Both the position numbers and the translations under genes were made by a program. Below the pieces are notes generated by a model. The model saw nothing but the letters and a program-made list of their open reading frames with translations. It did no database searches and was not told where the DNA came from. DNA of 64,000 nucleotides, from contig NC_092377.1 of NCBI RefSeq assembly GCF_030028105.1, positions 98,276,865-98,340,864 on the forward strand, given 5' to 3'. The stretch's first letter is position 1; the number at the start of each line of letters is the position of its first letter. Shown here in pieces: positions 26,701-39,512 of the stretch. Source of the DNA: Mobula birostris (Eukaryota).

Positions 26701-26774
26701 AGAAATGAGAGCATGTCAGACCTAGTGGACAAGGTACTGAAGTTGTGGATCATTTAAATTGTAATGGAGGGATT

Positions 26775-27004
26775 AAATGACGGGAAATGGTTATAGTTAC
26801 TATAGCTTATAGTCTTTCAAGGGGATGAGATGTAAATCAATCACATATAGGAGGGAGATTGAAAATCTGGTTGAATTGTGCTATAATAACAACCGCTCAC
26901 TCAACGTCACAAACCCAAAGATTATTGATAATAGGCGGGACAAGCTGGATGTCCATGAGAGTATCAGAAGTGGGGAACATGAGTAACTTTAAGTTCCTTG
27001 GTGT
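26775..27004 (+). mobile_element. Rex1/Babar RT fragment (left half; resumes at 31048)
   Basis: 'aggagggagattgaaaatctggttgaattgtgctataataacaacc...tttaagttccttggtgt' (FKFLG). Confidence 0.8.
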
Positions 27005-30000
27005 TGTTGTAATGTGAGCAAAGTCATTGGAGAGACACAGTTGGTAGATATAAAGTGGTCTTTTATTTGGGACACACACACAAACTGACAGCATTTGGAT
27101 TCACACAAGAGAGAGGCACCCTGATCCAACATTATAGCATATTTTTATATGTTAAGGAACAAAGGTGGCAGGACAATTTCTGTAGTTACAATGTCTTCAT
27201 AATGCTTCCTTGGAGTTAAATGTAGTTTTCAAATTCCTGGGCTTTCCCACCAACATACCCAAAATGAGTATTAATCAGTGAGTTAGACTGGCGGGAAGGA
27301 TTTAAGAGAAGAGCGTTTCAGCGAGTTAGACCGGTGGGAAGGACTTAAAAGAAGAGGTTTTCAGCGAGTTAGACCGGTGGGAAGGACTTAAAAGAAGATA
27401 GCTTTTTCCTCAGCAGTTTGATTGAGGCACGACTGCACAAGCGCGTAGATGTCAACAAGTTAGAATGGCGGGAAGGATTTAAAAGAAGACAGCTTTATAG
27501 AGTGGGCGAATAAGTAGGAAGGCTTTGGTTCAACAGGGCTTCGGCGATAACAGGTCGAGGCGAGGTAAGCTACTTGTGAGGAATAGGAAGTATGTCTGTG
27601 AGGCTGGTGTTCTGTACTGGGTGTCAGACGTGGGATGTCCGGAAGATATCTTAGCCTCCCGGACGGCCACATCTGCGCCAGGTGCATCAAGCTGCAGCTC
27701 CTTAGGGACCGGGTTAGGGAACTGGAGATGCAGCTCGATGACCTTTGTCTGGTCAGGGAAAGTGAGGTGATAGAGAGGAGCTACAAGGAAGTAGTCATAC
27801 TGGGGCCTTGGGAGACAGATAAGTGGGTAACAGTAGGAGGAGGAAGGGAAAGAGTCAGATACTAGAGAGTACCCCTGTGGCTGTACCCCTGAACAATAAG
27901 TAGTCCTGTTTGAGTACTGTTGGGGTGGGCAAACAACCTACCTGGGGGAAGCAACAGACTCTGGCACAGAGCCTGGCCCTGTGGCTCAGAAGGGTAGGGA
28001 AAGGAAGAGGATGGCAGCAATGATAGGGGACTCTGTAGCTGGGGGGTGAGACAGGCGATTGTGTGGATGCAGGAAAGAAACATGGGTGATAGTTTGCCTC
28101 CCAGATGCCAGGGTCTGGGATGTTTCTGATCACATCCACGGCATCCTGAAGTGGGAAGGTGAACAGCCAGAGGTTCTGGTTCATATTGGTACCAATGACC
28201 TAGGTAGGAAAAGGGAGGAGGTCCTGAAAGCAAACTACAGGTAGTTAGGAAAGAAGCTGAGAAGCAGGACCTCAAAGTTAGTAATCTCGGTTTGCCTGTG
28301 CCATGTGACAGTGAGTATAGGAATAGAGTGAAAGGGAGGATAAATGTGTGGCTGGGGATTGGATCGGGGGCAGAGATTCAGATTTCTGGATCATTGGGAC
28401 TTTTTTTGCGGCAGGCGTGATGTGTACAAAAAGGATGGGTTTCACTTGAATCTGAGGGGGACCATTATCTTGACAGGGAGGTTTGCTAAGGCTATTGGGG
28501 AGAGTTTAAACTAGAACTTCTGGGGTTGGGAACCGAACTGAAGAGACGGAGGAAGGGGCGGTTGGCTCACAAATTGAGAAAGCTTGTAGGCAGTGTGAGA
28601 GAGAGAATAGGCACATGATAGAGAAGGGATGCGCTCAGATTGATGGTTTGAAATGTATCTATTTTAATGCAAGAAGCCTCATGAACAAAGTGGATGAGTT
28701 CAGAGCGTGGATCAGTACTTGGAGCTATGATGTTGTGGCCATTACAGAGACTTGGATGGCTCAAGGGCAGGAATGGTTACTTAGAGTGCCAGGCTTTAGA
28801 TGTTTCAAAAAGGACAGGGAGGGAGGCAAAAGAGGTGGGGACATGGTACTGCTGATCAGAGATAGTGTCACGGCTGCAGAAAAGGAGGAAGTCATGGAGG
28901 GATTGTCTACTGAGTCTCTGTGGGTGGAAGTTAAGAACAGGAAGGGGTCAATAACTCGACTGGGTGTTTTTTATAGCCCTCCCAATAGTAACAGGGACAT
29001 CAAGAAGCACATAGGGAGACAGATTCTGGAAAGGTGTAATAATAACAGGATTGTTGTGGTGGGAGATTTTAACTTCCCAAATATTGATTGGCATCTTCCT
29101 AGAACAAGGGGTTTAGATAGGGTGGAGTTTGTTAGGTGTGTTCAGGAAGGTTTCCTGACACAATATGTAGAGAAGCCTACAAGAGGAGAGGCTGTACTTG
29201 ATATGGTATTGGGAAATGAACCTGGTCAGGTATCAGGTCTCTCAGTGGGAGAGCATTCTGGGGATAGTGATCACAAGTCTATCTCCTTTACAATAGTATT
29301 GGAGAGGGATAGGAACAGACAAGTTAGGAAAGTGTTTAACTGGAGTAAGGGAAAATATGAAGCTATCAGGCAGGAACTTAGAAACATAAATTGGGAACAA
29401 ATGTTCTCAAGGAAATGTATTGCATGTTCAGGGGATATTTGCGTGACGTTCTGCATAGGTGCATTCCGATGAAACAGGGAAAGGATGGTAGGATACAGGA
29501 ACCGTGGTGTACAAAGGCTGTTGTAAATCTTGTCAAGAAGAAAAGAAAAGCTTACGAAAGGTTCAAAAAACTAGGTAATGATAGAGATCTAGAAAATTAT
29601 AAGGCTGGCAGGAGGGAGCATAAGAATGAAATTAGGAGAGCCAGAAGGGACTATGAGAAGGCCTTGGCAGACAGGATTAAGGAAAAGCCCAAGGCATTCT
29701 ATAAGTATGTGAAGAGCAAGAGGATAAGACATGAGAGAATAGAACCAATCAAGTGCGACAATGGAAAAGTGAGTATAGAACCAGAGGAGATAGCAGAGGT
29801 ACTGAATACTTTGCTTCAGTGTTCACTATGGTGAAGGACCCTGGCGATTGGCGATTGTAGGGATGACTTACAGAGGACTGAAAAGCTTGAGCTTATAGAC
29901 ATTAAGAAAGAGGATGTGCCGGAGCTTTTAGAAAGCATCAAGTTGGATACGTCACCGGGACCAGACGAGATATACCCCAGGCTACTGTGGGAGGTGAGGA

Positions 30001-31047
30001 AGGAGATTGCTGATCCTCTGGCAATGATCTTTGCATCATCAATGGGGATGAGAAAGGTTCTAGAGGATTGGAGGGTTGCAGATGTTGTTTCTTATTCAAG
30101 AAAAGGAGTAGAGATAGTCCAGGAAATTATAGACCAATGAGTCTTACTTTAGTGGTTGGTAAGTTGATTGAGAAATTCCTGAGAGGCAGGGTTTATGAAT
30201 ATTTGGAGAGGCATAATATGACTAGGAATAGTCAGCATGGCTTTGTCAAAGGCAGGTCATGCCTTACGAGCCTGATTGAATTTTTTGAGGATGTGATTAA
30301 ACACATTGATGAAGATAGAGTAGTAGATGTAATGTATATGGATTTCAGCAAGGCATTTGATAAGAGGTTTACAAGGATGTTGCCTGGATTGGGGAGCATG
30401 CCCTGTGAGAATAGGTTGAGTGAACCTGGCCTTTTCTCCTTGGAATAATGGAGGATGAGAGGTGACCTGATAGAGGTGTATAAGATGCTGAGAGGCATTA
30501 ATCATGTGGATAGTTAGAGGCTTTTTTCCCAGAGCTGAAATGGCTAACATGAGACAGCAGGTGCTTGGAAGTAGGTATAGAGGAGATGTCAGGGGCAGGT
30601 TTTTTACCCAGAGGGTGGTGAGTGCGTGGAATGAGCTGCTAGCGATGGTGGTGGAAGGAGATATGATAGGGTCTTTTAAGAGACTCCTGGATAGATACAT
30701 GGAGCTTTGAAAAATAGAGGGCTATGAGTAAACCTAGGTAATTGCTAAAATAAGTACATGTTTGGCACGGCAGCATGGGCCGAAGGGCCTGTTTTCTATG
30801 TTTCTAATCACTGTGGTCTCTGAATTGTCTGATAATTGGATGTCTCCTGGTCTATAATTTGCTTGTGCGGTGTTGATTTCATTCATGTATATGCAGAGAT
30901 ATATTAGTTAAAGTGGATGTTTCCTGGTCTACAATTTACTGTTCGGAGCTGCATTTTGAATTCAAACCACAATCCATATTCAGTTCTGAAGGTTGTTTGC
31001 TGAAGTTAATATTTGCTATATAGCCTAGTTCAAGACATACCCAAACA
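27005..31047 (-). mobile_element. Solo LTR (~510 bp), split by a CR1 insertion
   Basis: Termini TGTT...AACA. AATAAA lies ~60 bp from the minus-strand 3' end. It interrupts the Rex1 reading exactly at FLG|V. TSD is only imperfect (gtgt/gtac). Confidence 0.7.
27278..30804 (+). mobile_element. Full-length-type CR1 LINE (5' UTR, ORF1 zinc finger/leucine zipper/esterase, ORF2) with an internal RT deletion
   Basis: ORF1 starts near 27592 with CTGC...HICARC, LRDRVRELEMQL, IGDS, VHIGTND and DGFHLN. ORF2 has LKCIYFNARSL, ITETW, VGDFN and SDH. TSD taatca at 27272-27277 and 30805-30810. Confidence 0.96.
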
Positions 31048-31770
31048 GTACTATCATATCAAAGGATCTCTCATAGGACCAATATGTAAATTCCATTACA
31101 AAGAAAGCGCAATAGCATCTCAACTTTCTTAGAAGTTAGCGTAGATTTGGCATGTCATCTCAAGCTTTAACAAACTACTATAGCTGCACGGTGGAGAGTA
31201 TCCTAACTGGTGTATCACAGTCTGGCATGGAAACACCAATGCCTATGAATGGAAAAGTCTACAAAAAGTAGTGGATACAACACAGTCCATCACACGCAAA
31301 GCCCTCCCCACTTCTGAGCATATTTTCAAGGAGCACTGCCACAAGAAAGCAGCATCAGTCATCAAGGCCATGCTGTCTTCTTGTTGCTACCATTGGGTAG
31401 GAGATACAGGAGCCTTAGGTCCCACACAGGTCAGGAAAAGTTATTACCCTACAGCCATCAGGCTCCTGACCAGCATGTGTAACTTCACTCACCTCATTGC
31501 TTAACTGACTCCGCAATCTATAGACTCACTTTCAATCGCTCTCCAAATCACGTTCGCAGTGTTATTTATTGACTTATTTATTACTTGCATGATTTGTCTT
31601 CTTTTACACATTGGTTGTTTGTCATTCTTTGTTATTTATAGTTTTTCATAAATCTTGTTGTACTTTATTTTCCTGTAAACGCCTCCAAGAAATGAATCTT
31701 GAGGTGGTATATGATAACGTACAGTCTGTATACCTTGATGAGAAATTTCCCTTGACTTTGAATTTGACTT
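31048..31770 (+). mobile_element. Rex1/Babar 3' end (right half)
   Basis: 'tatagctgcacggtggagagtatcctaactgg' (Y.CTVESILT), LQKVVDT, tail 'ttgactttgaatttgacttg'. Confidence 0.85.
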
Positions 31771-31837
31771 GGTGATCAGTGAAGGGCAGAGGTGCATAAT
31801 GTAGGTCACAACCATTAAGGGAAAAACACTGCATTTC

Positions 31838-32812
31838 TATAAGACCGTAAGACATAGGAGCAGAATTAGGCCATCTGGCCCATCAAGTCTGCTCTACCAT
31901 TCAATCATGGCTGATCCTTTTTTCTATCTCATTTTCAACCCCAGTTCCCGGCCTTCTCCCCATAACCTTTGATGCCATGTCCAATCAAGAACCTATCAAT
32001 CTTTGCCTTAAATACACCCAACGAGCTGGTCTCCACAGCTGCATGTGGCAACAAATTCCACAAATTCACCACCCTTTGGCTGAAGAAGTTTCTCCACATC
32101 TCTGTTTTGAAAGGGTGCCCTCTATCCTGAGGCTGTGCCCTCTTGTCCTAGACTGTCCCACCATGGGAAACATCCTTTCCACATTTGCTCTGTTTAGGCC
32201 TTTCAACATTTGAAAGGTTTCAATGAGATCCCCCCGATCCTTCTGAATTCCCACGAGTACAAACCCAGAGCCATCAAATGTTCCTCATATGATAACCCTT
32301 TAATTCCTGGAATCATCCTTGTGAACCTCCTCTGGACCATCTCTAATGCCAGCACATCTTTTCTAAGAGGAGAACCCCAAAACTGTTCACAGTACTTAAG
32401 GTGAGGCCTCACCAGTGCCTTATAAAGCCTCAGCATATCATATCCTTACTCCTGTATTCCATAGACCTCTTGAAATGAATGGTAACATGGCATGGCATTT
32501 GCCTTCTTCACCACCGACTCAACCTGCAAGTTTACCTTCAGGGTGTTCTGCACAAGTCCCTCTGCATCTCAGATTCCTGGATTTTCTCCTCATTTAGAAA
32601 ATAGAGAGATGCACATTTATTTCTACTACCAAAGTGCATGACCGTGCATTTTCCAACTTCGTATTTCATTTGCCACTTTCTTGCCCATTCTCCTAATCTG
32701 TCTAAGTCCTTCTGCATCCTACCTGTTTCCTCAACACTGCCTTGCTCTCCACCAATATTCGTATCATCTGTAAACTTGGCAACAAAGCCATCTATTCCAT
32801 CATCTAAATCAT
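31838..32812 (-). mobile_element. 5'-truncated CR1 LINE
   Basis: LYKALVRPHLKYCEQFW, SRTRGHSLRI and a CR1 tail. Confidence 0.92.
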
Positions 32813-32879
32813 CTTATTTCCTCTCTAAAGTACATAAGATATCCATTGTACAGTTGGAAACATTAGGAGAATGGGATTA

Positions 32880-33146
32880 TTTTACTTCACCACCACCCCC
32901 CAACCCTGATCTTGATCTCGTATCCCCTTTTGCCTATCACCTGTCCAGCTCTTGTCTCCATCCCTCCCTCTCCTGTCTTCTCTTATCATTTTGGATCTCC
33001 CCCTCCCCCTCCAACTTTCAAATCCCTTACTCACTCTTCCTTCAGTTAGTCCTGACGAAGGGTCTCGGCCTGAAACGTCGACTGCACCTCTTTCTACAGA
33101 TGCTGCCTGGCCTGCTGCATTCACCAGCAACTTTGATGTGTGTTTC
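32880..33146 (+). mobile_element. Penelope pLTR / 3' tail
   Basis: Pyrimidine-rich tract like 10950-11075, then 'cagatgctgcctggcctgctgcattcaccagcaactttgatgtgtg'. Confidence 0.8.
33048..33083 (+). ncRNA. Minimal type I hammerhead ribozyme motif
   Basis: agtc-CTGACGA-agggtctcggcct-GAAA-cgtc-gact: intact core, stem I agtc/gact, short stem II, GUC triplet and minimal stem III. Confidence 0.75.
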
Positions 33147-33196
33147 TTGATAGGAGAGCTATTACCTCTTTTGCCCTCAATATGTATTGAGGTACC

Positions 33197-33440
33197 TGTT
33201 ATTTTTTGTAACTCCAAAACATAAAAACCAATTGAACGGCAAACAAAAGAAATGGGAATGCAAGTCTAACTTCATTCTTCACTTTAAGTGAGGCGCATAC
33301 ATATGACGCGTTGGTTTGATGGTGAACGCTGTTTATGTACTTTGTACATACTGTATAACCATAATGAATTATTTAAAGAACAAAGCATGCTTAATTAAAC
33401 AATATATTTACAATATTACTCATATATTTAGTACACAACA
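33197..33440 (-). mobile_element. Solo LTR, 244 bp
   Basis: Termini TGTT...AACA. 5 bp TSD gtacc (33192-33196) / gtgcc (33441-33445). Strand is tentative. Confidence 0.7.
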
Positions 33441-33814
33441 GTGCCTGTGAAAAGATTTAACACAGTCTCTAAATTCAAAGCAAACTACAAGTCTTCCTAA
33501 AGCTTTTCCTAAATTAATCGGAGATGTTATTCCTGTATAATTGTAATATTCACAGTTACAAAGATTGGAAAGAAATTGCTAAGCTCTCTTGAAACATAGG
33601 GTCTGCTTAAAAATGGTCCAGTATGACATTTATCTATAAAAAGAACTTTGAAAATGGGGAGGTCCATCTTGCTAGTTGTTTGGATCAGATTTCTGTCATG
33701 CCATTCTTTGTAAGCTCAACAACCGGTCAAGTTGCACACTGACAAAAAAAAACTTGTGCTCTGTTGTTTAATTCTTCACATCTCCCACTTAACTGTTTAT
33801 TTTTCCCTTTTCTT

Positions 33815-34810
33815 GCACCCTGTAGACCTCCTGTACCAATTGCACTCTGTACACCCCCTGTATCAATTGACCTCTGTACTGCAATTGGTGCAAGGGGTGT
33901 ACAAGGGTGCAATTGGTCTAGAGGGTGTACAGAATGCAATTGATGCCGGGGATATACAGGATGCAATTGGTGCAGGGGGTGTATAGAATGCAATATTTGC
34001 AGGGGGAGTATAGAATGGAGTTGGTGCAGGGAGTGTATAGAATACAATATGTGCAGGGGGTGTATAGAATGCAGTATGTGCAGGGGGTGTACAGGATGCA
34101 ATTGGTGCAGGCGGTGTATAGAATGCAATATGTGCAGGGGAGTATAGAATGAAGTTGGTGCAGGGGGTGTATAGGATGCAATATGTGCAGGGGGAGTATA
34201 GAATGCAGTTGGTGCAGGGGGTGTATAGAATGCAATATGTGCATGGGGTGTATAGAATGCAATATGTGCAGGTGGAGTATAGAATGCAGTGGTGCAGGGG
34301 AAGTATAGAATGCAATATGTGCAGGGGGAGTATAGAATGCAGTTGGAGCAGGGGGTGTATAGAATGCAATATGTGCAGGGGGAGTATAGAATGCAGTTGG
34401 TGCAGGGGGTGTATAGAATGCAATATGTGCAGGGGAGGTATAGAATGCAGTTGATGCAGGGGGTGTATAGAATGCAATATGTGCAGGGGGTGTATAGAAT
34501 GCAATATGTGCAGGGGGAGTATAGAATGCAGTTGGTGCAAGGGGAGTATGGAATGCAATTGCTGCAGGGGGTGTACAGAGTGTAATTGGTGCAGGGTGTG
34601 TACAGAGTGTAACTGGTGCAGGATGTGTACAGCATGTAATTGGTGCAGGGGGGTACAGAGTTCTTTTGGTGCGGGGGTGTGCAGAGTGCAATTGGTGCAG
34701 GGGGTGTACAGAGTGCAATTGGTGCTGCAGGGGGTGTACAGAGTGTAATTGGTGCAGGTGATGTACAGAATGCAATTGGTGCTGCAGCCTGAGGGTGTAC
34801 ACCCCTGCAA
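33815..34810. repeat. 27 bp minisatellite, ~34 units, with inverted units at the left end
   Basis: Unit gcagggggWgtatagaatgca(atatgt|gttggt). This period explains the 9-aa periodic ORFs on both strands. Confidence 0.95.
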
Positions 34811-35699
34811 CAACATGTTTTCCTGATGTTGCCAACAGCTGTTTATGGCACTGTTTCTTATTCTATTTCCTTATGCATTCTCGTACAATTTGGATTTGCT
34901 GCTCTGTCTCTTTCTGTTAGTTCCCAGTTTGCCACTTGAACACAATCTGTTACAGGTGAATCACAAATGTTAAACAGGCATTTTCAATGCTTCCAGACTT
35001 TTTTTTAAATGAGAGACGCACATATTTGAGCAACAAAACTCACTATAGGTGGTCAGTGTAGAAATTAATCATTTTTGCAGGAAGATGTTATATTACAACA
35101 AAAGACCTGTCGAAAAAAATGAATTATTCCACCTGCTCACAGTACGATACTGAACTGTTTCATATTTGCAGTTCATTTAGTAATAAATTATTCTACATTT
35201 AGAGTAAATCACAGTTGATTCAAAATTTATCCACATTTACTGTCTACTCTCCAGTAATTAATTATCCATATTTACAATAATGTCATGAACGATAATGAAT
35301 TATTTGATATAAATTGACTACAAGACTGTAATAGAAGAAACCTACTTTAATGGATTGTTTACCAATTCCAATATCAGAAAATAATTGCAGAATACAAATA
35401 TAAATTTCCTTTTAAGATATCTTTAATCAGTTTGGTTGCAGTTTATGGAATTTTAAATCTCTTTATCTTTTTCCTTTCTTTCACATTCAGTTTCCTCTGT
35501 GTGTTCCATTTGGATTAATTTCCCTATCTTCTGGGTTGTTCTCCCTTGCTCATCTTCCTGCACCCTCCCCGCCCATCCTTCACCTATATTTTCCCTGCTT
35601 CATCTTCTCCTTTTTGTTTGTCCTTCTCCCTCTCCTTGTCTTGTTTTTCTCCACCCTTCTACACTTTCCTTTCTCCTCTGGCTTCAATTTGTTTTGTTT

Positions 35700-35912
35700 A
35701 TTTTGACGTACAGCACTGTGACAGGCCCTTCCAGCCCAACGAGCCCATGCCACCCAAATATAACCAAGTGACCAATCAGCCTATTAACCTTTGCATCTTT
35801 GGGATGTGGGAGGACACCGGAGTACCCCGAGGAAACGCACACCGTTAAAGGGAGAGCAGTCAGCGGTGGGAATTGAACCTAGCACTGTAAAGCGTTACGA
35901 CAACTGCTATGT
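35700..35912 (-). mobile_element. V-SINE with CR1-type tail
   Basis: 'tctttgggatgtgggaggacaccggagtaccccgaggaaac' and tail 'acagcactgtgacaggcccttccagccc'. Confidence 0.8.
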
Positions 35913-37039
35913 TTCATAACCAACTTTATATTATTTTAGCATCAAAAGATATGTAACTCCATCCAACTAGACTAGAACCATATTCCTTCATACTGCTGTG
36001 CTATAACCCATCTCGTTACAGATCCTACAACCTATTTACTTGGCTCATGTTTCACCCTTTTCATTAAAGGAAGAATTGCATAGATGCAAAAACGAAGGCA
36101 TTCTGATAGCATAAGACCTTAAAATGCAAGAAGCGGTATAACATATCTTCTGACTACACATAAAGATTGCCACATCAGATTCATTGAAACATTTTGACTG
36201 AGTTCAGTCAAAGATGGTAGCAACTTGAGGCAGATTTTCTAACATTTTGATATCTTACACATTTTATTTCCTTCACAATACTGTACCTTAAAGATACTGT
36301 CCTTCAAAAAAAATAAAGCTTTTTGAAAATAACAATGCTTCAGTGAGAGAATTCTTCCAACTTTCTCAAACTGAATTACTGCACGGGTTACAATTGGTGT
36401 GCAGCCCTGGCAGTATTTAGTGCAAATCCACATTCCCTGAGTAATACTACATATTAAACCCCTCTAATTACCATGTAGCCCAGTAACCTTTTGGGATTTC
36501 ATCAGGTAATTATAACTCTGGCTTATTCCTGCATTATTCCTGTAAGAATTCTTAACCAGAAAGGATTATGCAGCACTAATATCCAGGTTCTCCACAAGAT
36601 CCATGCCATTAATTGTTTCAATTAATATTTGGCAGCTCTTCAGTAATTCTTAAGATGCCATTGACTGAAAATGATTCAGTGAAACTCCAAAGTGGATAAG
36701 AAACAAGCTATCTCATTTGGCATTAACATGGTCAGCCAAGTTGTTCGATTGAAATTATTCCTCTAGCTCATCGAGGTATCAAAGGGCCTGATAGCACTAT
36801 TAACTTTCTGGAAAACGGTTCAACAGTCAGGGGATTAGAGATGATGTTTAGCTTAACCTCCCTGCGGTGAGGTTGCTATCAGAGTAATGAAGATATGGAC
36901 AGGAGCCAAAAGCAGAATCTCACAGCAGCCACTGCAGTGTGAGTAAATCTGCAAGATCTAGTGAGACTTGCTTCATCATACCGGTGGAACATATGCTCAC
37001 TGTTTAGAGTTCCAAAATGCCAAAGCAGTTCCACTTTCT

Positions 37040-37225
37040 TTACAATAACAGCTTCCTTTGAAGGAGTGAAACATCCCAAGACGCTTTATAAGAGCATTAT
37101 CAGTGAAAATTTGACACCAATTTATATGAAGCGATGTTAGGACAGGGAAAGATGGACTCAGTCAAAGAGCTAGTTTTAAAAAACATTTAAGAGGAAGAGA
37201 AGGTTAGGGTGGAAGAGGTTTCCAG
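37040..37225 (-). mobile_element. Ancient L2-like LINE 3' end
   Basis: 'gaaacatcccaagacgcttta...aaaatttgacacc...gtcaaagagctagttttaa'. Confidence 0.45.
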
Positions 37226-37227
37226 CA

Positions 37228-37990
37228 ATCTGCAGCTTAGACAAACTTCCTCATTATCCACAATACCATCAACTTTCATATTGTTAGCAATCCCTCCTAT
37301 GTTCACATTGAAGTTTTTGATGTGTGTCATATATATCAAAGGTTGCAGCATAAATCCCTGTGGTACACCACTGATCAGTAAAGTGTCCTTCCACCACTGC
37401 CGTCTGTCTTCTGCCTTCAGCTTTGGATCCAACTTTCCAAATTGCCATGGATCCCATGTGTCTTAACCTTCTGAACCAGGCTACCATGTGGGACATTGCC
37501 AAATCCTATTCTAAAATCTATATAGACACCGTCAACCACATCACCTTCATTGATCTCCTTTGTTACCTTCTCATCTCCATTAAGTTAGTGAGACAGTCTT
37601 TTCCCTTCACAAAACCATGCTAACTATTCCTAAATAGCTCCTGCCTTTTCAGATGGATGTTAAGCTTGTCCCTTAGAATCTTCCCAAGATATTTCCCTAC
37701 CACTAATCTAAGGCTCACCAGGTTGCAGTTACCTGGTTTATCTCTGCTACTCTTTCAAAAGGAACACCATTAGCAATCTTCTAATTTTCTAATGAAGATG
37801 CAGAAATCTCTGAAAGAATCTTATTCACATTATCTCACTTCAGACATAGATTACCCCTTTGGTCACTAAGGAGACCTATTCTTCCCTGGCTGCTTCTTGC
37901 CCCTAACATATTTATCAAATGATGAGGGATTCTCCTAAATCTTACCAGCTAAGTATATTCCATGCCCTCTTTCTACCCTCCAAGTCCCCT
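37228..37990 (-). mobile_element. Old degraded CR1 RT fragment
   Basis: SGVPQG..LQPL and the reverse complement of HGFVKGK. Confidence 0.75.
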
Positions 37991-37997
37991 TCGTCAA

Positions 37998-39512
37998 TAC
38001 ATAGAAACATAGAAAATAGGTGCAGGAGTAGGCCATTCGGCCTTTCGAGCCTGCACCGCCATTTATTATGATCATGGCTGATCATCCAACTCAGAACCCC
38101 GCCCCAGCCTTCCCTCCATACCCCCACAAGGGCCATATCTAACTCCCTCTTAAATATAGCCAATGAACTGGCCTCAACTGTTTCCTGTGGCAGAGAATTC
38201 CACAGATTCACCACTCTCTGTGTGAAGAAGTTTTTCCTAATCTCAGTCCTAAAAGGCTTCCCCTCTATCCTCAAACTGTGGCCCTTCGTTCTGGACTTCC
38301 CCAACATCGGGAACAATCTTCCTGCATCTAGCCTGTCCAATCCCTTTAGGATCTTATACGTTTCAATCAGATCCCCCCTCAATCTTCTAAATTCCAACGA
38401 GTACAAGCCCAGTTCATCCATTCTTTCTTCATATGAAAGTCCTGCCATCCCAGGAATCAATCTGGTGAACCTTCTCTGTACTCCCTCTATGGCAATGATG
38501 TCTTTCCTCAGATTAGGGGACCAAAACTGCACACAATACTCCAGGTGCGGTCTCACCAAGGCCTTGTACAACTGCAGTAGTACCTCCCTGCTCCTGTACT
38601 CGAATCCTCTCGCTATAAATGCCAGCATACCATTCGCCTTTTTCACCGCCTACTGTACCTGCATGCCCACTTTCAATGACTGGTGTATAATGACACCCAG
38701 GTCTCGTTGCACCTCCCCTTTTCCTAATCAGCCACCATTCAGATAATAATCTGTTTTCCTATTTTTGCCACCAAAGTGGATAACTTCACATTTATCCACA
38801 TTAAATTGCATCTGCCATGAATTTGCCCACTCACCCAACCTATCCAAGTCACCCTGCATCCTCTTAGCATCCTCCTCACAGCTAACACTGCCGCCCAGCT
38901 TCGTGTCATCCGCAAACTTGGAGATGCTGCATTTAATTCCCTCATCCAAGTCATTAATATATATTGTAAACAATTGAGGTCCCAGCACTGAGCCTTGCGG
39001 TACCCCACTAGTCACCGCCTGCCATTCTGAAAAGGTCCCGTTTATTCCCACTCTTTGCTTCCTGTCTGCTAACCAACTCTCCACCCACACCAATACCTTA
39101 CCCCCAATACCGTGTGCTTTAAGTTTGCACATTAATCTCCTGTGTGGGACCTTGTCAAAAGCCTTTTGAAAATCCAAATATACCACATCCACTGGTTCTC
39201 CCCTATCCACTCTACTAGTTACATCCTCAAAAAATTCTATGAGATTCGTCAGACATGATTTTCCTTTCACAGATCCATGCTGACTTTGTCCGATCATTTC
39301 ACCGCTTTCCAAATGTGCTGTTATCACATCCTTGATAACTGACTCCAGCAGTTTCCCCACCACCGACGTTAGGCTAACTGGTCTATAATTCCCCGGTTTC
39401 TCTCTCCCTCCTTTTTTAAAAAGTGGGGTTACATTAGCCACCCTCCAATCCTCAGGAACTAGTCCAGAATCTAACGAGTTTTGAAAAATTATCACTAATG
39501 CATCCACTATTT
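37998..39512 (-). mobile_element. Young 5'-truncated CR1 LINE
   Basis: 259 aa and 234 aa ORFs with all RT motifs (FADDTK), broken by in-frame stops near 38728 and 38650. Tail (ctatgttt)n. Confidence 0.97.

Noticed and set aside
33880-34810. CRISPR-like array
   Set aside because: No unique spacers, only two recurring 6 bp variants, in a eukaryotic context with no cas genes.
33727-34835. 300 aa Cys/His/Pro-rich ORFs as a real gene
   Set aside because: They follow from a stop-poor 27 bp tandem unit that is open in several frames. No splice or promoter support.
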